From positions 352,001 through 416,000 of the forward strand of contig CAVPBK010000006.1 in assembly GCA_963701855.1 (NCBI GenBank): a DNA stretch of 64,000 bases. The letters run 5' to 3'. Source of the DNA: Nitrospirota bacterium. Its GTDB lineage: Bacteria > Nitrospirota > Nitrospiria > Nitrospirales > Nitrospiraceae. Positions 44,782 to 54,356 of this stretch are shown here, piece by piece. Below the pieces are notes generated by a model. It saw only the letters and a program-made list of their open reading frames with translations. It did not search any database and was not told the DNA's origin. A program made the position numbers and the translations under genes. Within the stretch, counting starts at the first letter, position 1, and every line of letters starts with the position of its first letter.

Positions 44782-45468
44782 TCACATCCGGAGCCCTGCC
44801 CAAGGAGCCTCGGTATCTCGATGTCCTGTACTCAGAACCTGGGCAAACACCTTCCGGCTCGCCGCCATCTCAGGATGCTCCGTTCCAAGGGTTTTCTCGC
44901 TGATCTCAAGCGAACGACGAATGAAGCGCTCAGCATCCTCATAGTGGCCCTGTATGACTTGAAATATTGCGATCGTTCTCATCGTAGCCGCCGCAATCGG
45001 ATGCTCAGGCCCCAAATGTTGCATTGTCAGCAAGAGCGATTGCTTCAACAGAAGATCCGCTTCGGCATAGTGTCTCTGGGAAGCCTTCAGTATCCCCAAA
45101 TTCTTCAGGATGACGGCCATGTCAGGATGATCTGAACCCAGGACGGCCACACCTATTCCCAGTGAACGTTGGAACATATGTTCGGCTTGTTTGTACTTAT
45201 GGTGCTTGGCATACAGAATTCCAAGCTCGTTCAAGCTGCCGGCAAGGCGTGGATTGAGCGATCCTATCCGTTCAGCTTGTTCAATCTCAGCATGAATCAG
45301 ATGTTCCGCCCCGTCAGCTGGTCCTTGCTCAAAGCCTTGTTTCCCATCAGTCTCGGCGTTGTCCCAACGCATGCGAAGTTCATCACACCACCAGCCAGGC
45401 TTTAACGCAGCACCTACACCTGCCGGTCGGAGTGACGGTTCGGCAAGCTTAGATTCGCGTGTGGGCAT
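44782..45468 (-). CDS. tetratricopeptide-repeat protein (kinesin-light-chain-type TPR)
   Basis: Repeated LG..HP..A...L...Y.EA units. Confidence 0.8.
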   Translation of the reverse strand: MPTRESKLAEPSLRPAGVGAALKPGWWCDELRMRWDNAETDGKQGFEQGPADGAEHLIHAEIEQAERIGSLNPRLAGSLNELGILYAKHHKYKQAEHMFQRSLGIGVAVLGSDHPDMAVILKNLGILKASQRHYAEADLLLKQSLLLTMQHLGPEHPIAAATMRTIAIFQVIQGHYEDAERFIRRSLEISEKTLGTEHPEMAASRKVFAQVLSTGHRDTEAPWAGLRM

Positions 45469-45494
45469 GATCGTACTCTCCCGGGTTTCGTGAG

Positions 45495-45851
45495 TTATGG
45501 CTCGAGTCTCGTGACCGAAAGGGTGTGCCCTTTGGGCGAGATCTTTGCTTCGATTTTATCCCCCGGATTCACCCTTTTCCGGATTTTGGTATTGTCGTCG
45601 AGTTCGAGGCGCATCTCCTCACCGGCTTGACTGGTGATGACATAAAACTTGTCCTCGATATCGAGTGTGAGCTCGCCTTGAGGATCCTTGGCCATATGAA
45701 ATTTCCCTTCGACCTGAGCGACTTCGCCTGTCACGATCTTCGAAGGAGACGGTTCAGAAGGCGACCCGGCGTCCGCTCGAGTTTCCACAACCACTGCAAG
45801 CGCGACACTGACAATCACCATGGCAAGACTGCTCGAATCTAGAGACTTCAT
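45495..45851 (-). CDS. secreted small beta-rich protein
   Basis: Signal peptide; VTGEV...GEEMRL.LD..T...PGDKIEAK...HTLSV; GGAGG RBS. Confidence 0.7.
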   Translation of the reverse strand: MKSLDSSSLAMVIVSVALAVVVETRADAGSPSEPSPSKIVTGEVAQVEGKFHMAKDPQGELTLDIEDKFYVITSQAGEEMRLELDDNTKIRKRVNPGDKIEAKISPKGHTLSVTRLEP

Positions 45852-45917
45852 ATGACCTCCTCTGAGGCTGATGAAAGCCCTCTTCCTGCCCACCTCTACC
45901 CGGACACGCACGGACAT

Positions 45918-47006
45918 TTACGCACTGGTTAAGAACGTAGGCCAGGAAACGAAATTCATGGCCTCTGCCTCCCTTTCACAAGCATTACCGAGCGTCTGCT
46001 CATACACCCTGAGATAGTCTTGCGCCATTCTTTCCACAGTGAAGCGCTGCTCGAAGGTCCGGCGACATTGCCGGCGGTCGATATTAGGAATCCCCTTGAT
46101 GGCCGCCGTCATTTCGTCGAGTCCTTCACAGACAAATCCAGTGGATAGGTCATCAATAATTTCGGGAATAGACCCACGGCGATAGGCCAGCACTGGCGTT
46201 CCGGAGGCTAGCGCCTCTATCAGGACGAGCCCGAATGGTTCCGGCCAGTCGTAGGGACAAACGAGCGCCATTGCGTGACCCAGGAAGTCATGCTTTTCAG
46301 CGTCCGTAATCTCTCCGATATAGTCGATTAATGGATCAGAGAGAAGTGGTTTGATTGTTGTGTGAAAGTACTCCTGATCCATCGGATCGACCTTCGCAGC
46401 AATCCGCAAAGGAATCCCTACCCGCTTGGCGATTTCAATCGCATGATCCGGTCGCTTCTCGGGGGCGATTCGTCCCAAGAATGCCAGATAGTCTCCGGGA
46501 TTCGGATGCAAGCCGTACAGATCCCTTGGCAATCCGTGATAGACGGTAGCCTGCCAATTTGCCCAGGAGACCGGTTTCCGCTGAGAATTCGAAATCGACA
46601 CCATCGGCATCTCCGCATACTCGCGAAACACCGGCTCCAGTTCGGGCAGATCGAGCCGACCATGGAATGTGGTCACCGTTGGGGTTGGATTCCGCCTGGC
46701 GAGAGGGAAACCCATGAAATCGAGATGGGAATGAATGATGTCAAAATCGCCGGTTTTTCCGAGGGCCTGCTCCATCAGCATTGTCATGGGTGCATCGCGA
46801 TTGAAGATTCCTGTATTCAATCGCAGGGCGCGAGCGCAGATCGCTTCAAGGCGAGCGGTCGTGACCGAGTCTCCGCTCGCGAACAGGGTCACGTCGTGAC
46901 CGAGCCGAACCAGCTCTTCGGTGAGGTAGGACACGATCCGTTCCGTTCCTCCGTAGAGCTTCGGAGGAACGCTCTCCCACAAGGGTGCGACCTGGGCAAT
47001 TCTCAT
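45918..47006 (-). CDS. glycosyltransferase family 4
   Basis: MRIAQVAP..SVPP..YGGTER, FLGRIAPEK and EPFGLVLIEALASGTPV motifs. Confidence 0.92.
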   Translation of the reverse strand: MRIAQVAPLWESVPPKLYGGTERIVSYLTEELVRLGHDVTLFASGDSVTTARLEAICARALRLNTGIFNRDAPMTMLMEQALGKTGDFDIIHSHLDFMGFPLARRNPTPTVTTFHGRLDLPELEPVFREYAEMPMVSISNSQRKPVSWANWQATVYHGLPRDLYGLHPNPGDYLAFLGRIAPEKRPDHAIEIAKRVGIPLRIAAKVDPMDQEYFHTTIKPLLSDPLIDYIGEITDAEKHDFLGHAMALVCPYDWPEPFGLVLIEALASGTPVLAYRRGSIPEIIDDLSTGFVCEGLDEMTAAIKGIPNIDRRQCRRTFEQRFTVERMAQDYLRVYEQTLGNACEREAEAMNFVSWPTFLTSA

Positions 47007-47030
47007 CGGACTGCTCCTTTCATTATCGAC

Positions 47031-47310
47031 TTATTTAGCGGGCCGAAGTGCGACGACTCTCTCACCGATAATCACATCTGCCTCGATTCTCTCCCCCGGG
47101 ACCAGCAGGCGCTCACGCTTTGTATTGTTATCGACGTGGAGATATACGAGCCTCCCGAAGACGTCTTTGATCACCCATACGTCGCCTTTGATGGATAAGA
47201 GATCACCCTTGATCGTGAGTGGAGACGTTCTCACTGTCAGCCATGGCGCTGGGAGCAACGAGGCTTAGTCCAAACAGCAGAACGATCATGCAACTCAGGA
47301 CGCTGGACAT
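47031..47310 (-). pseudogene. secreted beta-rich paralog, frameshifted after the signal peptide
   Basis: MSSVLSCMIVLLFGLSLVAPSAMA in one frame; TIKGDLL...LHVD..T...PGERIEA in another. Confidence 0.6.
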
Positions 47311-47343
47311 GGTGACACCTCTTTTATTGAAAGGCTGAAGGGT

Positions 47344-47607
47344 TTATATCCTTCGCCTTGAGATCGATACTGCGATTGCCGCTTGTGGCCGACGGAACTT
47401 CGTGCCCGAGACGCGACTGAACCGGTCAGTCTTTGCGGTTCCTGCAACACGTCGGATAATAGTAAGAGGCCCGCCTGCTTGCCCGGATAAACCGATCGCA
47501 CCGCAATTGACACAGCGCCATCCACCATAGGCCCAGCCTCCAAGGGAACTCGCACCTCCAATAAAGTGATCAGCCACCACCAGCCCGGCACAACGTTCGC
47601 ATCTCAT
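47344..47607 (-). CDS. small zinc-ribbon protein
   Basis: MRCERCAG...WRCVNCG. Confidence 0.7.
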   Translation of the reverse strand: MRCERCAGLVVADHFIGGASSLGGWAYGGWRCVNCGAIGLSGQAGGPLTIIRRVAGTAKTDRFSRVSGTKFRRPQAAIAVSISRRRI

Positions 47608-47611
47608 GGTT

Positions 47612-48061
47612 TCAACCTTTCTCTAGACGTCTGGTGCTGTTCCAACAACGCCCTGGGCTTTCGTATGCCTCGCTCAGCACACGTCCCTCTTGCACGCGCC
47701 GAACGGCAGCGAGCAATTCTTCATTCCGAAACGGCTTCTGCACAAAGGGCAGCGCGGTAAGCTGCTGGTAGCCGAGCCGCAAGGGCAACCGATCGCGCAC
47801 TGCCTGTGGAACCTGCAGACCAATCAACACAAGCGGCAGGGACTGGTCGTAAGTGTGAAACCTATTGGGCCAGCACAGTTCATTTTCTGCAGGGGTCGTA
47901 TCGATATCCAGAATCACCGTGCTGGGAGATTGAACGCGGTCCATTTCCTCTTCTATAAAGGTGCTCACGACGCTCACCTCATACCCGTTGTGCCGAAGCA
48001 CCTCCGCCAAGACAGCCCCTAACACGACATCGGCCTCGACCAGAAGTATTCGTCCAGTCAC
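47612..48061 (-). CDS. atypical single-domain receiver protein
   Basis: RILLVE, VILDID and KPF...L motifs; start uncertain. Confidence 0.65.
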   Translation of the reverse strand: MTGRILLVEADVVLGAVLAEVLRHNGYEVSVVSTFIEEEMDRVQSPSTVILDIDTTPAENELCWPNRFHTYDQSLPLVLIGLQVPQAVRDRLPLRLGYQQLTALPFVQKPFRNEELLAAVRRVQEGRVLSEAYESPGRCWNSTRRLEKG

Positions 48062-48104
48062 GATGGGTAATTCCCGATGCGAGCTGCCATATCGTGGCGA
48101 ATGA

Positions 48105-48119
48105 GCAAGCCGGATGCCT
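48105..48119 (-). promoter_or_regulatory. sigma54 -24/-12 promoter
   Basis: AGGCATCCGGCTTGC (GG-N10-GC) at the head of the long minus-strand operon, divergent from the NtrC-type system. Confidence 0.7.
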
Positions 48120-48285
48120 GAAAATGATTTCATGTGCTGGTTGCTACAAGTTCGCGGAAGATTCGAGGTTTTACCCCGATGACTGTTGCTGCTCGATGTG
48201 AGATGTCGCAGATCGCTCACCCAGAAGAGAGACAACTTATTCCGCTGCAGACATCTTGTCTCAAATTCCGATTGAACAAGGAAAT

Positions 48286-49935
48286 ATGAGGGACTACCAT
48301 GGACCTATGCTGAACCGGTGGCACCGGCTGAGCCTTCAAGTCAAGATGACGCTGATGGTCATCCTCATCGTCGGCGTCTCGGCTGGCACGACTGAATGGC
48401 TCGAAACCCGCTCGATACAGCACACGGTGGAAGACAACGTCCGAAACGCGGCACTCGCCGTTGGGCGAGCCGTCGACCAGAACGTGACGACTCTTGCCCA
48501 GCTGTCGAATCGGGAGGCGCGGACCAAAGAGCTGGAAAAGATCCTCGCGACGCTGCCGGATCTTCTCAACATTGTGCTGTATGAGTTTCCACCAGGACCG
48601 GAAGTAAGTCCTCTCGCGATTGCGAGCGCAGGCCCTACGGAGTTGCTCCTTCTCACACACCCGCGTCAGGAGAGGGCTCAAGCCCTTGTTCAGCGGGTGC
48701 GCGAAGAACGGCAGCCCCTCATTGATTATGCTGATCGAACGAATACCCATCACGTCTTCTTGGCTGCCCCGATATCCTTGAGGGGTGTCGTCGTTGGGGC
48801 CACCTATGCCGAGTTCTCTACCCTGCAAATGGACGAGGCCTTGGAATCATTGCGGCAAGCCTCCAGAACGCGACGATTGCTGACGGGATTGGCGATCGTG
48901 ATCGCGATTAATCTGTTTCTGTACTTCAAGGTGCATCACCCGGTGAAACGGCTGTTCACCGCCGTCGAATCAGTTTCTCAGGGAACCATGAACTCGGTTG
49001 TCTTGGTTGAAGAACAGGATGAACTTGGAGAACTTGCCGGTAGATTCAACGACATGGTGAGGAAGATCCGGGAAGCCACTCACGACAACACTCAATTAAC
49101 AGAATCCCTTCGGGCTATGAACGACAACCTCCAGCTGAAAGTCGGCGAGGCGACCGCCGAGGTGTTGCAAAAGAATCGAGCGCTGGCCCACACGAACGAA
49201 CTCCTCTCGGCGGCGCAGCGGGATGCGGCCCGTGCTCAACGCCTGTCGGCGCTTGGACAGATGGCGGCTACCGTGGCGCACAAGATCGGCACGCCCTTGA
49301 CCGCTCTGTCCGGTCATATCCAACTCATGGCCGAAGATCCGACTCTGAGCACAGAGTCTCGACAACGGCTGGAGACGGTGGAGGCTCAAATCGAGCGTAC
49401 ATCGAAGATTATTCAAGACATGTTGTTGTATGCCAGGAGACCGGAACCGGTTCGTTCTCCCCTCGATCTGAACGCGTGTGTGGCTGAATGTCTCGCGCTC
49501 TTCAGACCGGAATTCGAACGAAGGAAGATTACGCTGGTCAGCGAATGGAGTGAGCATGTGGAGAAAGTCGAGGCCGATGTCCAGCAGCTTCAGGAAGTAT
49601 TTAACAATTTGATCGAAAATGCACTCGATGCGATGCCGGCTGGTGGAACCTTGACCACGCGGATCTCTCCTCACACCAAGTCAGAGCAGTCGGACCCTCA
49701 AACCTGGGTGGAGATGGAATTCGTGGACACAGGCTGCGGGATGGAAGCTGATCAAATGGCTCAGATCTTTCAGCCGTTTTTCACGACGAAAAAGGCGAGG
49801 CGCGGTACAGGTTTGGGGTTAGCGATCGCAGTGGAAACAATACGGGCGCACGGAGGTCAAATCAAGGTGGAGAGCGATCCGGGAAAAGGGTCTAGGTTTA
49901 CGATCGTGCTTCCAACCGATGGAGGATTGCGCTGA
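48286..49935 (+). CDS. membrane sensor histidine kinase (2 TM, HAMP, HisKA, HATPase)
   Basis: DELGELAGRFN HAMP; AHKIGTPL H-box; NALDAM, DTGCG, FFTTK and GTGLGL boxes. Confidence 0.9.
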   Translation: MRDYHGPMLNRWHRLSLQVKMTLMVILIVGVSAGTTEWLETRSIQHTVEDNVRNAALAVGRAVDQNVTTLAQLSNREARTKELEKILATLPDLLNIVLYEFPPGPEVSPLAIASAGPTELLLLTHPRQERAQALVQRVREERQPLIDYADRTNTHHVFLAAPISLRGVVVGATYAEFSTLQMDEALESLRQASRTRRLLTGLAIVIAINLFLYFKVHHPVKRLFTAVESVSQGTMNSVVLVEEQDELGELAGRFNDMVRKIREATHDNTQLTESLRAMNDNLQLKVGEATAEVLQKNRALAHTNELLSAAQRDAARAQRLSALGQMAATVAHKIGTPLTALSGHIQLMAEDPTLSTESRQRLETVEAQIERTSKIIQDMLLYARRPEPVRSPLDLNACVAECLALFRPEFERRKITLVSEWSEHVEKVEADVQQLQEVFNNLIENALDAMPAGGTLTTRISPHTKSEQSDPQTWVEMEFVDTGCGMEADQMAQIFQPFFTTKKARRGTGLGLAIAVETIRAHGGQIKVESDPGKGSRFTIVLPTDGGLR

Positions 49936-51287
49936 TGCTCCGAGAATCTCGCGTGATGGTCGTGGACGATGACGCCGAAACATTAGCCTTGCTGCGCGAA
50001 ATCGTGGTCAAGGAGGGATATCAGGTTGAGACCGCCGAAGACGGGGAGTCTGCCTTGCGGCAACTTGCCGAATGGCAACCGGACTTGCTGATCACCGATA
50101 TTCATATGCCAGGAATGGATGGACTGGCCTTGCTGGCCGCAGTGCGAGAGAAGGCGCCGGATGTCCTGGTGATTCTGTTGACCGCCTATGGGTCCCTCAA
50201 GACAGCGGTGGATGCCATCAAGGCCGGGGCTTTCGATTATCTCAGCAAGCCCTTTGTCGTGGATGACATTCGGTTGGTGGTTCGGCGCGCACTCGAACAC
50301 AAGAAGTTAGTCCGAGAGAATCGGTCATTGCGCGACCAACTGCGTGAACGGTACCGATTCGACAACCTGGTGGGAAGCAGTGCCGGGATGGTGGCGGTAT
50401 ATAAACTCATTGCCCGCGTCGCGGAGACGGAGAGCACGGTTCTGATTCAAGGAGAAAGCGGGACCGGAAAGGAACTGATCGCGCGCGCGATCCATGCCAA
50501 CAGCACCAGGAGCAACGGACCGTTCGTCGCAATCGATACAGGTTCGTTGGCTGAAACGCTCCTCGAATCCGAGCTGTTTGGACATGAGCGCGGCGCGTTT
50601 ACCGGAGCCATCGCCAGCAAGAAGGGCCTGCTCGAACAAGCGCACCTGGGCACCTGCTTTTTGGACGAGATCGCGGATCTCTCACCAGTGATGCAAAGCA
50701 AGCTGCTCCGATCGCTACAGGAACGCGAGATTCGACGCGTCGGGAGTGAGACACCTCGTGCCATCGATGTCAGAATCATCGCCGCATCGAAAAAGGAGTT
50801 GAAACCTCTCGTCGAAGCCGGGACATTTCGGGAGGATCTTTTTTACCGTCTTGAAGTCGTCACCATTGTCCTTCCTCCGTTGCGTGAGCGCACTGAGGAT
50901 ATTCCGCTTCTGAGCCGGTATTTCGTCGACAAATTCGGCCGGACCAAGGAAAAGCCGGTGACGGGTCTCTCGCCGGAAACCATTCCTTTGCTGACACGCT
51001 ATTCATGGCCCGGCAACGTCCGCGAGCTCGAGCATGTGATCGAGCGAGCCATTGCCTTGACCCCGCATCCCATCATCACAGCAGAGGATTTGCCGGAGAC
51101 CATCCGGACAACGACCCTGCAAGACCAGGCTAGGGCTCGCGGATGGGACACCCTTGAGGATATGGAAAAAAATTACATTCTGCGCGTGCTGGAGGCCCAT
51201 CATCAGGACCATGGTCAGGCATCCGCGATCCTTGGGATCCATCGTAAAACGCTCCTTCGCAAGCTCCGCCACTACGGTCAAGTCTGA
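49935..51287 (+). CDS. sigma54-dependent NtrC/AtoC-family response regulator
   Basis: REC, GESGTGKE, ESELFGHERGAFTGA, WPGNVREL, Fis-type HTH. Confidence 0.95.
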   Translation: MLRESRVMVVDDDAETLALLREIVVKEGYQVETAEDGESALRQLAEWQPDLLITDIHMPGMDGLALLAAVREKAPDVLVILLTAYGSLKTAVDAIKAGAFDYLSKPFVVDDIRLVVRRALEHKKLVRENRSLRDQLRERYRFDNLVGSSAGMVAVYKLIARVAETESTVLIQGESGTGKELIARAIHANSTRSNGPFVAIDTGSLAETLLESELFGHERGAFTGAIASKKGLLEQAHLGTCFLDEIADLSPVMQSKLLRSLQEREIRRVGSETPRAIDVRIIAASKKELKPLVEAGTFREDLFYRLEVVTIVLPPLRERTEDIPLLSRYFVDKFGRTKEKPVTGLSPETIPLLTRYSWPGNVRELEHVIERAIALTPHPIITAEDLPETIRTTTLQDQARARGWDTLEDMEKNYILRVLEAHHQDHGQASAILGIHRKTLLRKLRHYGQV

Positions 51288-51616
51288 CCCGATCAACGGT
51301 CAACCTGTTCCCGCATGTGACAACTTGTCTCAGAGGGCCAGAAGTCCGCATCCCCTCAGGCATTCTTGCTGATCTTCCCCGGTCTCAGCGGCAACTTGTG
51401 CCCGCGCACACTCGATTTTCACCGGCTCCTGATGGTTGCCATTCGATCGGCTATCGAGTTGATTTGCCGATGAATTCCTCTTGAAAGACTCCTTTCATGC
51501 TAACGCGGCCCATCGTTTGCTCTATTATTTAATCAACTTTCAATTTCCCTTATGCCGACAGCGTGGCTGTCATTGATGCGGATGGATAAGGAAGCTAGAA
51601 AGGAGACCAGAGCACT

Positions 51617-51997
51617 ATGGAACGGAACAACAAAAGCGTATTAGTCGTCGATGATGATCATGATTTGCGCTACATACTTTCCGTCAGGCTCGTCAGCGCC
51701 GGCTACATGGTCTATGGGGCGGCAAACGGATTGGAGGCTTTGGAGCAGATGGGCAAATACTCCGTAGATGTCGTGCTGACTGACTACCGTATGCCTAAGA
51801 TGGACGGCTTCGAATTCTTATCACTCTGCCGTATGAAGTGGCCTGGAACCCCTGTCGTGGTTTTCTCTGCAGAACAGGATGATCTGGCCCACGAAGCGCT
51901 TGAGCGGGGAGCATTCGCATGGGTTCGCAAGGGAAGTGAATACACGATGCTCTTGGAGATCCTTGCGGCAGCGGTTCAACAGTCAGTCCATGCGTGA
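51617..51997 (+). CDS. single-domain response regulator
   Basis: VVDDD and LTDYRMPKMDG motifs; AAGGAG RBS. Confidence 0.85.
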   Translation: MERNNKSVLVVDDDHDLRYILSVRLVSAGYMVYGAANGLEALEQMGKYSVDVVLTDYRMPKMDGFEFLSLCRMKWPGTPVVVFSAEQDDLAHEALERGAFAWVRKGSEYTMLLEILAAAVQQSVHA

Positions 51998-52231
51998 GAG
52001 AGTTGAACACAGTGGCGGTAGGCTAAATATTCTGGACAAGGAGAGCGACCCTATACGTCGAGGGACTCGCTGGTGACCCATGCCCGTGATCTGCTCCCTG
52101 TAGTTGTATCAGCCACGGTTCCCAACGCGGGCGATCGCTCCCTCAACAGCGAACACGACGAAATGATTCGTACGACAAGATCGTGCCCCTGCCCCACAAG
52201 TTCACATTTCAGGCAAGTCTTTTTGGAATCG

Positions 52232-52726
52232 CTACTTAGACTGCATGGCCATTTGAGCAAAGAACTCACCCGACCGCTTCCGCATTTCTTCAGGCGTGAG
52301 GTCCTCTTTGCGGGTCGCCAGGTTCCACTTGTGGCCGAATGGATCGGTAAGTTGCCCGCACCGATCGCCCCAGAACATATCCGCCACCGGCATATCCGCT
52401 CTTGCGCCGGCTGACACAGCGCGTGTGAAAGCCTGATCCGCATCTTCAACATAGAGGTAGAGACTCACGGGCGTGCCTCCAAGACTTTGCGGCCCGCGAC
52501 ATCCCATCTCGGAATGTTCCTCACCCAGCATGATGATCGAATCCCCGATCTTGATTTCAGCGTGCATGATGCTTTTCTCATCGGGTCCGAGAACGCGCAT
52601 GCACTCCTCCGCGCCGAACGCGCGTGTGTAAAACCCGATGGCCTTCTCAGCATCCTTCACTGTGAGAGCCGGTGTGACGGTATGAAAACCGGCAGGAACA
52701 GGAACTGGCTTCGTTGATGGTGTCAT
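52232..52726 (-). CDS. VOC/glyoxalase (PhnB-like) protein
   Basis: FYTRAFGA, IMHAEIKIG and MFWGDR..LTDPFGHKW motifs; AAGGAGG RBS. Confidence 0.9.
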   Translation of the reverse strand: MTPSTKPVPVPAGFHTVTPALTVKDAEKAIGFYTRAFGAEECMRVLGPDEKSIMHAEIKIGDSIIMLGEEHSEMGCRGPQSLGGTPVSLYLYVEDADQAFTRAVSAGARADMPVADMFWGDRCGQLTDPFGHKWNLATRKEDLTPEEMRKRSGEFFAQMAMQSK

Positions 52727-52842
52727 GGTGTCCTCCTTTGTAAAGCCCGTGGGAATCAACCTCCCTTGTTGCCGATCATTCTTTGTTCCAACAACAAGAG
52801 ACCAATGGGGGCATCTTCACCTCTTAGCCGAGGCACAGACCA

Positions 52843-52857
52843 GCAATGGTCATGCCG
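52843..52857 (-). promoter_or_regulatory. sigma54 -24/-12 promoter
   Basis: CGGCATGACCATTGC upstream of the VOC gene. Confidence 0.65.
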
Positions 52858-53262
52858 CTGATGGATGCCTGATTTAAGTGAGACGTACCGTGACGGAGGA
52901 AGGGTATGGAACTCCCTGATTAAGTAAGGAGATTGTTTCGCTGGCTAACCCTACAATCCTACAAATTCAGAGGTGACTACACAGAGGACGAGGGAACGAT
53001 CTGTCCGGCACTCACGTGGCCGCGTGAATGCCATGACTGCAAATCACTCGATGTTTCTATACCTTCGAGTTGCCCCTCCCTTCCGGGAAGAATGCTCCGC
53101 ATCAGACAAAATATCAGCGACCACATCCTTGCGGAAATTCAACTCGTTAGGAGAGCGCACGGGACAACATGTTCTCCGGTCCTTAACTCTTGCTGACACT
53201 CGCCATGAGTCAAGAAACCATAAGTCCTTGCAATGTTGACCGTTTTATCTCCTCACAATCTC

Positions 53263-53277
53263 TGGCAAACGATTTGC
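53263..53277 (+). promoter_or_regulatory. sigma54 -24/-12 promoter
   Basis: TGGCAAACGATTTGC upstream of the 53397 operon. Confidence 0.7.
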
Positions 53278-53396
53278 GCATGAGAGAAGCATCGGCATCC
53301 ATCGAAAGATGCGCAGAGCGACAGAAAGCAGTCTCTTCTCCATCATCCTGTCTGTCGCACAAGTACGATCATCATGTTACCGCTCGGAGGTGCAAC

Positions 53397-53756
53397 ATGA
53401 AGAACACTAGCATCGCAATCGCGACATTGTTTCTACTGTGGACGGTAGTCGCAACTGACCTCGTCAGTGAAGCCGCAACCACCTTTGCAGGTTCAATCAT
53501 CGGTATTGACCAAGCCCAGCGGACAATTACATTCCAGACGGTCGCCGGGCAAACCTGGACGATCTCGGTGGCCGATCCCAACATCTTGAAGCAGCAAGTC
53601 GCAAAGGGCGATCGGGTCATGATCGATGTCGAATTGAGCGATAGCGACTTGAGCCAGAGAATCACCAAGATCACCAAAATTCCCAGAGGTGAGCTATTTG
53701 AACCACTGCAACTCCCTCGACGCATTCGGGCCATGACCCGAGTGACAAGAGAATGA
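53397..53756 (+). CDS. secreted small beta-rich protein
   Basis: GGAGG RBS; signal peptide; G.I...D...TIT...GDRV pattern. Confidence 0.6.
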   Translation: MKNTSIAIATLFLLWTVVATDLVSEAATTFAGSIIGIDQAQRTITFQTVAGQTWTISVADPNILKQQVAKGDRVMIDVELSDSDLSQRITKITKIPRGELFEPLQLPRRIRAMTRVTRE

Positions 53757-53827
53757 TCGCTCACCCTTCTGATCAAAATGAGCAGCTCAATAGAGCCGAA
53801 CACTGAAAGAACGTGACGGAGGGAATC

Positions 53828-54334
53828 ATGAGAGTTGCTACCCGGTATAAGACAGCCATCGTTACCATGGCGACCATCCTGACGTGCCTAGGGTTTCTCT
53901 GGAAACAACACGTCGGTGCAGAGTCACCACGAGTAGCCGATGGCTCAAATGTGACGGCCCTGTACCGGATTACCGCTCCCTGCGAATGCGGGCTCGAACT
54001 TCGAGTGCTCGGTCAATTCGTCCAGGGGCAACACCAACTATTGCCGGCGTTAGAGCGGGTGGTCACCGGCATGAAAACCGGCGACGAGAAACAAGTCGAA
54101 ATATCTGCAGAGCAAGGTTTCGGCCCTTACGACGCGAGGAAAAGAAAAACCGTTCCGACTAGCGACCTGCCTGCCTGGACACAGGAAGGAGATGTTCTCC
54201 AAGATCGCACCGGGCAGGAGGCCACTGTGACCCAGTTGTCCGATAGGTCCGCGGTGATCGATTACAACCATCCGCTGGCAGGAAAGCCAGTTGTTGTAAA
54301 AATTAAAATCTTGCGAGTGGATGATCCGTCATGA
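53828..54334 (+). CDS. FKBP/SlyD-type PPIase with signal peptide
   Basis: GMKTGDEK, GFGPYD and DYNHPLAGK motifs. Confidence 0.88.
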   Translation: MRVATRYKTAIVTMATILTCLGFLWKQHVGAESPRVADGSNVTALYRITAPCECGLELRVLGQFVQGQHQLLPALERVVTGMKTGDEKQVEISAEQGFGPYDARKRKTVPTSDLPAWTQEGDVLQDRTGQEATVTQLSDRSAVIDYNHPLAGKPVVVKIKILRVDDPS

Positions 54335-54356
54335 CAATTCAAGAAGGAGGTGCACC

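Noticed and set aside
51563..51580. sigma54 promoter before the REC gene (TGGCTGTCATTGATGC)
   Set aside because: GG-GC spacing is 11, not 10; the candidate at about 33837-33852 fails for the same reason.
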